DNA of 64,000 nucleotides from Fidelibacterota bacterium (GTDB lineage: Bacteria; Fidelibacterota; Fidelibacteria; Fidelibacterales; DSDE01): contig JBJKQR010000063.1 in NCBI GenBank assembly GCA_046735395.1, positions 13,947 through 77,946 of the forward strand, given 5' to 3'. Shown in pieces: positions 58,657-64,000 of the stretch. The translations under genes and the position numbers were made by a program. The notes beneath the pieces were generated by a model, which worked only from the letters and a program-made list of their open reading frames with translations, had not been told where the DNA came from and did not search any database. The stretch's first letter is position 1, and each line of letters begins with the position of its first letter.

Positions 58657-59115
58657 GTGGGTTACGACTTCAAAGGAAAATTTGACCACAGTATCGATGC
58701 AAAGAACAGGATAAACATTCCTGCGAAATATCGAAAGCTGTTCGCGGAAAACGGGGAACAGGACCTGGTAGCAAACTGGGCCTCCATCGAACCCTGTATC
58801 ACCGTGTACCCCAAAAGCCGTTACGATGAGCTCACTCAGTTGTACCGAACAAAACTATCTACCATAAATAAACGGGACCGGCAGTTTCTCCGTCTCTGGA
58901 CCATGTTCGCATGGGACTGCACATTTGACAACCAGGGACGCATCAACATTTCACCGGATCTGATAGAAAAAGCGAATCTCACCCGGGACGTCGTCATCAT
59001 CGGAGCTGTGGACCGGATCGAGATATGGAATCCGGAAACGTTGAAACAGCATGAGGAAAGTGCGGCCCTGGCCGAAGAAGATTTTTCGCTGCTCGCTGCA
59101 GAACTCAGTCAATAG
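58657..59115 (+). CDS. mraZ: Division/cell wall cluster transcriptional repressor
   Basis: Repeated motifs D.KNRI.IP and D.QGRI.I, plus IEIW. GTG start follows AAGGA. Confidence 0.92.
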   Translation: MGYDFKGKFDHSIDAKNRINIPAKYRKLFAENGEQDLVANWASIEPCITVYPKSRYDELTQLYRTKLSTINKRDRQFLRLWTMFAWDCTFDNQGRINISPDLIEKANLTRDVVIIGAVDRIEIWNPETLKQHEESAALAEEDFSLLAAELSQ

Positions 59116-59123
59116 GAATAACC

Positions 59124-60080
59124 GTGCAGGGATCTGAACTCCATATACCAGTTATGCTGAACGAAAGTCTGGCATGGCTCATCACCGACTTGAAGGGAAT
59201 TTACGTCGATGCCACTCTCGGCATGGGCGGATATTCCGAATTCATCCTTGACCGGACGGATCCCCAGGCCCGCGTTTTCGGCTTTGATGTGGACACGGAT
59301 GCGATTGATAAAGCCGGTGAACGGCTGGCGTCCCATACAAATTTTTCTGCCGTTCAGGCAAATTTCAGTCAGGTAAAAGTCGAACTGTTTCGTCTCGGCA
59401 TACGGGAAATTTCCGGCATTGTCTTTGACCTGGGCGTATCCTCCCTCATGCTGGATGACGGAGAAAAGGGGTTTTCCTACCGCTTTGACGGCCCCCTGGA
59501 CATGCGCATGGACAGAAGCCTGGAAATCCGGGCCGAAGACATCCTCAACGGCTGGGAAAAAGATGATCTGCGCCGCCTCTTTCTGGAATATGGTGAAGAA
59601 CGGCAGGCCGGCAAAATCGCGTCGATCATCGTGAAGGAACGGCAGAAACACCGTTTAAGCCGAACCGGCGATATTACGGAACTATTAAAAAAGCATATAC
59701 CTGAGCCCTATCTGAATAAGAGTCTGTCTCGTATTTTCCAGGCGCTGAGGATCGAAGTGAATGATGAACTCGGGAATCTGAAAAAGGCGCTGGAACAGAG
59801 CGTGGACCTTCTTGCCGAGGGCGGCCGGCTCGTGGTCGTCAGTTATCACAGCCTGGAGGACCGCATTGTGAAGGATTTCATGAAGCTCCACAGCACGGAT
59901 TGCATCTGCCCGCCCAAACTGCCCGTATGCACGTGTGGCCACCATGCCGATCTGAAAATTCTTACCCGCAGAATAGAAACGGCCGGCAAAGCCGAAGTGG
60001 CGGCAAATGTCCGCAGCCGCAGTGCCCGGCTCCGCGCAGCCGAAAAAATTGCCCCGGTACAGAGCGGAAATAACAGATGA
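59124..60080 (+). CDS. rsmH: 16S rRNA m4C1402 methyltransferase
   Basis: Motifs HIPVML.E, DATLG.GG, DLGVSS, LDMRM, SYHSLEDRIVK and N.RSRSA.LR. Confidence 0.96.
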   Translation: MQGSELHIPVMLNESLAWLITDLKGIYVDATLGMGGYSEFILDRTDPQARVFGFDVDTDAIDKAGERLASHTNFSAVQANFSQVKVELFRLGIREISGIVFDLGVSSLMLDDGEKGFSYRFDGPLDMRMDRSLEIRAEDILNGWEKDDLRRLFLEYGEERQAGKIASIIVKERQKHRLSRTGDITELLKKHIPEPYLNKSLSRIFQALRIEVNDELGNLKKALEQSVDLLAEGGRLVVVSYHSLEDRIVKDFMKLHSTDCICPPKLPVCTCGHHADLKILTRRIETAGKAEVAANVRSRSARLRAAEKIAPVQSGNNR

Positions 60081-60403
60081 CGAAAAAGAAAAACGGAAAC
60101 ACAAAGAATGGTTCCGGAAAATTCCGGAGTTTTCAGCTGACGCCCAGTCTGTCATTCTTAACACTTATCCTCATTACGGTCGCGGCCGGAATCGGAAAAA
60201 TATCCATGAGCAATGCCATTACCGAAATGAATTATACCTACGAAATCCGGAAACGGGAGGAAATGAAACTTCAGCAGATTGTCGCTGAGCTGAACAGCCA
60301 GATCATGGAACTGAGCCGTCCGGACCGTATACGTGCCTATGCCCGGAAAAATCTGGGAATGATCGAATATAAACCTGATACGAGGATTCTGAAAGTTGAC
60401 TAA
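60077..60403 (+). CDS. ftsL: Cell division protein FtsL
   Basis: TM segment plus coiled coil, L..PDRI...A...LGM, located between rsmH and ftsI. Confidence 0.8.
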   Translation: MTKKKNGNTKNGSGKFRSFQLTPSLSFLTLILITVAAGIGKISMSNAITEMNYTYEIRKREEMKLQQIVAELNSQIMELSRPDRIRAYARKNLGMIEYKPDTRILKVD

Positions 60404-62468
60404 GACCCGAAGCAAGCACTTCAGCGACTTCAGCCGGAAATACCTGATCCGTACGCAGTTGATGTCCGGAATCCTTCTGGCGTTTGCCGTCCTGATCATC
60501 CTGCGTCTGTTTCGGATTCAGGTTTCGGACGCGGATCGCTACCAACGCGTTGCCGCGACTCAGACCATGAAGGATGTGACCATTGAGGCGGACCGGGGGA
60601 AAATATTCGACCGGAACGGAACGGTTCTGGCCATGAACCTGATTACCTACACCATCGGCGCCCGCTATAAAGATATCGTCTACCCCGACGAAACTTTTTC
60701 GCTGCTCGCGGATGCGTTCTCCAGAACCCCGGATTATTATCGCAAAAAATTCAAGAATACGGAAACCTTCTACTATCTGGAGAAGGATATTCCTCTGGAA
60801 ACGGCCGCACCGCTCATCGATCTTCAGAAGGGCAGAAAGATTCACGGAAAAATCGAGCGTAAACTGGTGGGCGTTCGCCTCGACCGGGAAGTGAAGCGGC
60901 ATTATCCCTTTAATGAAGCGGCTGGCCAGCTTCTGGGTTTTACGGGGACTGAGGATTTCGGCCTCAGCGGAATTGAAAAAAGCTGGGAGGATGTTTTGTC
61001 CGGCACCAGCGGAAGCAGCCGGGTCATGAATGACAAATACGGCCAGATTTTGCTCAGCAGCCGGAACAGTACCACTGCACCTAAAAACGGCCAGGACCTG
61101 ACACTGTCCCTTGATATTAATTATCAGATCATTTTGGAGGAGGAGCTGAAACAGGCTGTCAGCAAAACCGAAGCAGCCGGTTCCATGGGAATTATCATGA
61201 ATCCCAATACCGGACAGATTCTTGCACTCGGGTCTCTTCCCTCATTCAATCCCAATGAATATCAGGACTTCCCTCTCATCAACCAGAAGATCCGCCCCAT
61301 CACGGATACCTATGAACCGGGATCCGTATTTAAAATAATTCCTGTTTCCGCAGCAATCGAACGGGAAATATTTACACCGGCCAGCCTGATCAACTGCGAA
61401 AACGGTGAATGGAAAATTTATGACCGGACCCTCCATGACCACAAAGCCGCAAAATGGTCGACTGTTCAGGACATTCTGGTACATTCCTCCAATATCGGCG
61501 CGGCAAAAATTGCTGAAAATCTTGGAAATAAATACCTTTACCAGCAGATTGTCAAATTCGGAATCGGCGAAATCAATGATATTGAAGTCACGGGGAATGT
61601 GCACGGCCAGGTAAAAGCTCCTGCCGAATGGAGTCCCATCACCAATTCCCAGATGGCCATGGGACAAAGCGTCACGACCACCCTCCTGGAAATTGCCAGT
61701 GCCTATTCCGTCGTCGCGAACGGAGGCCTTCTGCTCCGGCCGTCCATTCTCAATAACAGAACAGACCCGGCCACTGGAAAAACAAGCTCCTACCGTCCCA
61801 GCGTGATCCGCAGGGTCATGAGCCGTGAAACAGCTGAAACGATGAGAGGTATGCTGGAACAGGTCGTATGTGAAGGCACCGGAAAGAATGCCTACATTGA
61901 GGGCTATCGCGTCGCCGGCAAAACCGGGACGGCACAGAAAGTCATAGACGGCAAATACTCCCAGAAAGAATACTATGCGACCTTCGTCGGTTTTTTCCCG
62001 GCCAACAATCCGGTTCTGCTCTGCGCCATCGCCGTGGATAACCCACGCTACGGACGGCACGAAGGAAGCGTCGCAGCAGCGCCCGCTGTCAGGAATGTAT
62101 TTTCACGGATTATCAGCAGTACCGATTTCCGGAAGCTGTACGACTGGGTACAGGAAGATCCGGCCCTGATCGCGGATGGGAAGAATACATCCGAACGGGC
62201 CCCGGATGCCGATCCGGTTCCCGTCATGGCAGCGCTGTCTCAGACCGAAGAAACGAAAAAAGTGCAGAGCACGCCGGAGACCGTATCCTCTGCAGCCATG
62301 GTCATGCCCGATTTTACAGGACTCACTCCGAAACATGCATCCTATATCCTGGGAGAATTCGATGTCAATGTTGAAGTCCATGGTAAAAAAGGGAAAATCG
62401 TCGCGCAGCAGCCATTGCCCGGCCAAACATTACAAAGCGGAGCCACCTGTATTCTCTATGTCAACTGA
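60396..62468 (+). CDS. ftsI: Class B penicillin-binding protein with PASTA domain
   Basis: Motifs RG.I.DRNG, R.YP, EPGSVFK, SSN and KTGTAQ. Confidence 0.92.
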   Translation: MTKTRSKHFSDFSRKYLIRTQLMSGILLAFAVLIILRLFRIQVSDADRYQRVAATQTMKDVTIEADRGKIFDRNGTVLAMNLITYTIGARYKDIVYPDETFSLLADAFSRTPDYYRKKFKNTETFYYLEKDIPLETAAPLIDLQKGRKIHGKIERKLVGVRLDREVKRHYPFNEAAGQLLGFTGTEDFGLSGIEKSWEDVLSGTSGSSRVMNDKYGQILLSSRNSTTAPKNGQDLTLSLDINYQIILEEELKQAVSKTEAAGSMGIIMNPNTGQILALGSLPSFNPNEYQDFPLINQKIRPITDTYEPGSVFKIIPVSAAIEREIFTPASLINCENGEWKIYDRTLHDHKAAKWSTVQDILVHSSNIGAAKIAENLGNKYLYQQIVKFGIGEINDIEVTGNVHGQVKAPAEWSPITNSQMAMGQSVTTTLLEIASAYSVVANGGLLLRPSILNNRTDPATGKTSSYRPSVIRRVMSRETAETMRGMLEQVVCEGTGKNAYIEGYRVAGKTGTAQKVIDGKYSQKEYYATFVGFFPANNPVLLCAIAVDNPRYGRHEGSVAAAPAVRNVFSRIISSTDFRKLYDWVQEDPALIADGKNTSERAPDADPVPVMAALSQTEETKKVQSTPETVSSAAMVMPDFTGLTPKHASYILGEFDVNVEVHGKKGKIVAQQPLPGQTLQSGATCILYVN

Positions 62469-63936
62469 TGCCCGACCCTTAACCAGTTTACTCACGTTTC
62501 CCCATCGTGTGGAGGGGATTGCGGACTCTGTCGAAATTCTGGGAATTTCCTATGATTCCAGACAGGTTAAACCCGGTTTTCTCTTCGCGGCCCTCCCCGG
62601 TATCACATCCGATGGATATGATTTTATTGCAGCGGCAGTCCGGAACGGCGCCGCAGCCGTGCTCAGCCTGCGTCCCTCCGAAGATGCCGGCACGCTTCCA
62701 CAGATCATCGTTCAGAATCCTGCCGAAGCTCTGGCTCTGGTTTCCGCAGAATTTTACGGCAGCCATAACGAAAAGCTGTTTCTCACCGGTGTAACCGGTA
62801 CAAACGGAAAAACAACCATCACCTGGCTCCTGCGTCACCTGGCCGGACACCATGACCTCCGCAGCGCCGTCATCGGTACGCTGGGAATGAAATCAGAGGG
62901 TGAAAATATGAATTACGGGCTGACAACGCCCATGAGCCCCGAGATCCACCGTTTTCTCGCCTCCTGCTCGGATCAGGATATTCATCAGGTATATATGGAG
63001 GCTTCCAGTATCGCCGTTGAGCAGAAACGCCTCTTCGGCCTGAGTTTCGATCAGCTGATCTTCACAAACCTGAGCCGCGATCATCTGGATTACCATCCGG
63101 ATATGGAAGCCTATTATCAGGCAAAAAAATCTCTTTTCAGCCAGTTGAGACCCGATGGAAAGGCCTTTATCAATATTGACGATATTTACGGTGAGCGGCT
63201 GCTGTCGGAACTTGATCCCGAAACCAGCCGGTCTCTCTCTCTTCGTGACAGCTCAGCGGATTTTCATTTCTCCGGGCTGAAGCTGGGCAGAAGCGGCCTG
63301 TCCGCCACCCTTATCGGACATGCAAAGGAACTGAAAATCCGGGCCGGCCTCATCGGTGACTATAATGCAGCCAATCTGCTGGCAGCTCTGGCCGCATTTT
63401 ACAGCCGTTATCCGCAGCTTCTGCCGGATACGCTGGATATAAGGGATTTCAAAGGCGCACCCGGCCGCATGGAAATGTATGAATGTCCGGGACACGGCAG
63501 CATCATTGTGGATTTTGCCCATACTCCCGATGCCATGGAAAATGTCTTCCGCAGCCTGAAGGCTCTCAACCTGCCCGGCAGAATCGTCTCCCTTTTCGGC
63601 GCCGGCGGCAACAGGGATCAGGGCAAACGCCCCATCATGGGCCAGACTGCCGACACCTGGAGTGACGCCATCATCCTGACGAATGACAATCCCCGCCGGG
63701 AAGATCCACGTCGGATTCTTGAAGATATTTCAAAAGGAATTACCAATACATTATTTCGAATTATTCCGGACCGGCGGACAGCCATCGAAACAGCTGTTCG
63801 CGAAGCCGGGGAAGAGGATATCACACTGATACTCGGAAAAGGCGGCGAAGAATACCAGGAAATCCAGGGTATCCGCAGAGCCTATTCCGATTCTGAAACC
63901 GTAAAAGAAATCATTAAGCCCTATGAAACTGTCTGA
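62458..63936 (+). CDS. murE: UDP-MurNAc-dipeptide:meso-DAP ligase
   Basis: Motifs GVTGTNGKTT, TNL..DHLDYH, DFAHTPD and DNPR (DAP-type). Confidence 0.95.
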   Translation: MSTDARPLTSLLTFPHRVEGIADSVEILGISYDSRQVKPGFLFAALPGITSDGYDFIAAAVRNGAAAVLSLRPSEDAGTLPQIIVQNPAEALALVSAEFYGSHNEKLFLTGVTGTNGKTTITWLLRHLAGHHDLRSAVIGTLGMKSEGENMNYGLTTPMSPEIHRFLASCSDQDIHQVYMEASSIAVEQKRLFGLSFDQLIFTNLSRDHLDYHPDMEAYYQAKKSLFSQLRPDGKAFINIDDIYGERLLSELDPETSRSLSLRDSSADFHFSGLKLGRSGLSATLIGHAKELKIRAGLIGDYNAANLLAALAAFYSRYPQLLPDTLDIRDFKGAPGRMEMYECPGHGSIIVDFAHTPDAMENVFRSLKALNLPGRIVSLFGAGGNRDQGKRPIMGQTADTWSDAIILTNDNPRREDPRRILEDISKGITNTLFRIIPDRRTAIETAVREAGEEDITLILGKGGEEYQEIQGIRRAYSDSETVKEIIKPYETV

Positions 63937-64000
63937 ACTGTTACAGGCCGCAGATACCCGGGACTGGCAGATTCCCGACTCAGATCCTGACCTTATCCGG
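63923..64000 (+). CDS. N-terminal fragment of the next dcw gene, probably MurF
   Basis: MKLSELLQAA... overlaps the murE stop and runs off the window; identity rests on synteny only. Confidence 0.5.
   Translation, partial: MKLSELLQAADTRDWQIPDSDPDLIR

Noticed and set aside
62176..62457. N-terminal extensions given by the ORF track for murE (also holA, fabD, thrB, mraZ and the ABC binding protein)
   Set aside because: They overlap upstream genes or promoters, and downstream starts fit family N-termini and RBS or overlap patterns better.
1..64000. tRNA (including tRNA-Sec), rRNA, CRISPR arrays, IS elements or integrases
   Set aside because: None recognised by eye and intergenic gaps are short; covariance-model scans would be needed to exclude small RNAs formally.

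Overview
Bacterial chromosomal window (genetic code 11), most likely from an FCB-group lineage outside Bacteroidia, such as Marinisomatota/Fidelibacterota, Calditrichota or Ignavibacteria-like organisms. This placement is inferred from porX-tsaE synteny, Bacteroidota-like promoters and retained Shine-Dalgarno sites. The right part (about 29-64 kb) is mostly housekeeping: an ECF sigma/anti-sigma pair, holA, uppP, pgeF, an LpoA-like protein, glmS, surE, accD, rimI, tsaBE, porX, rnc, the fab/plsX/rpmF cluster, a SPOR lipoprotein, ndk, sucCD, thrABC and the start of the dcw cluster. The left part (1-29 kb) is a large surface-glycan locus. Its core is a tightly coupled run: GT-C (YfhO), GT4, D-glucuronyl C5-epimerase, AsnB amidotransferase, PIG-L N-deacetylase, sulfotransferase, WbqC, ATP-grasp ligase and a TauABC-like importer. 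This matches the enzyme logic of heparan sulfate/heparin maturation and is the best candidate for an undescribed system. The locus also has a flippase, a methyltransferase, an inverted nucleotide-sugar trio and a second WbqC-sulfotransferase pair. It is interrupted by a GNAT-RimK-PAP2 unit and by a selenocysteine-containing SelD (UGA plus SECIS) that the ORF track truncates. No tRNA, rRNA, CRISPR array or transposase was recognised. All family assignments come from motif recognition by eye, not from database searches.
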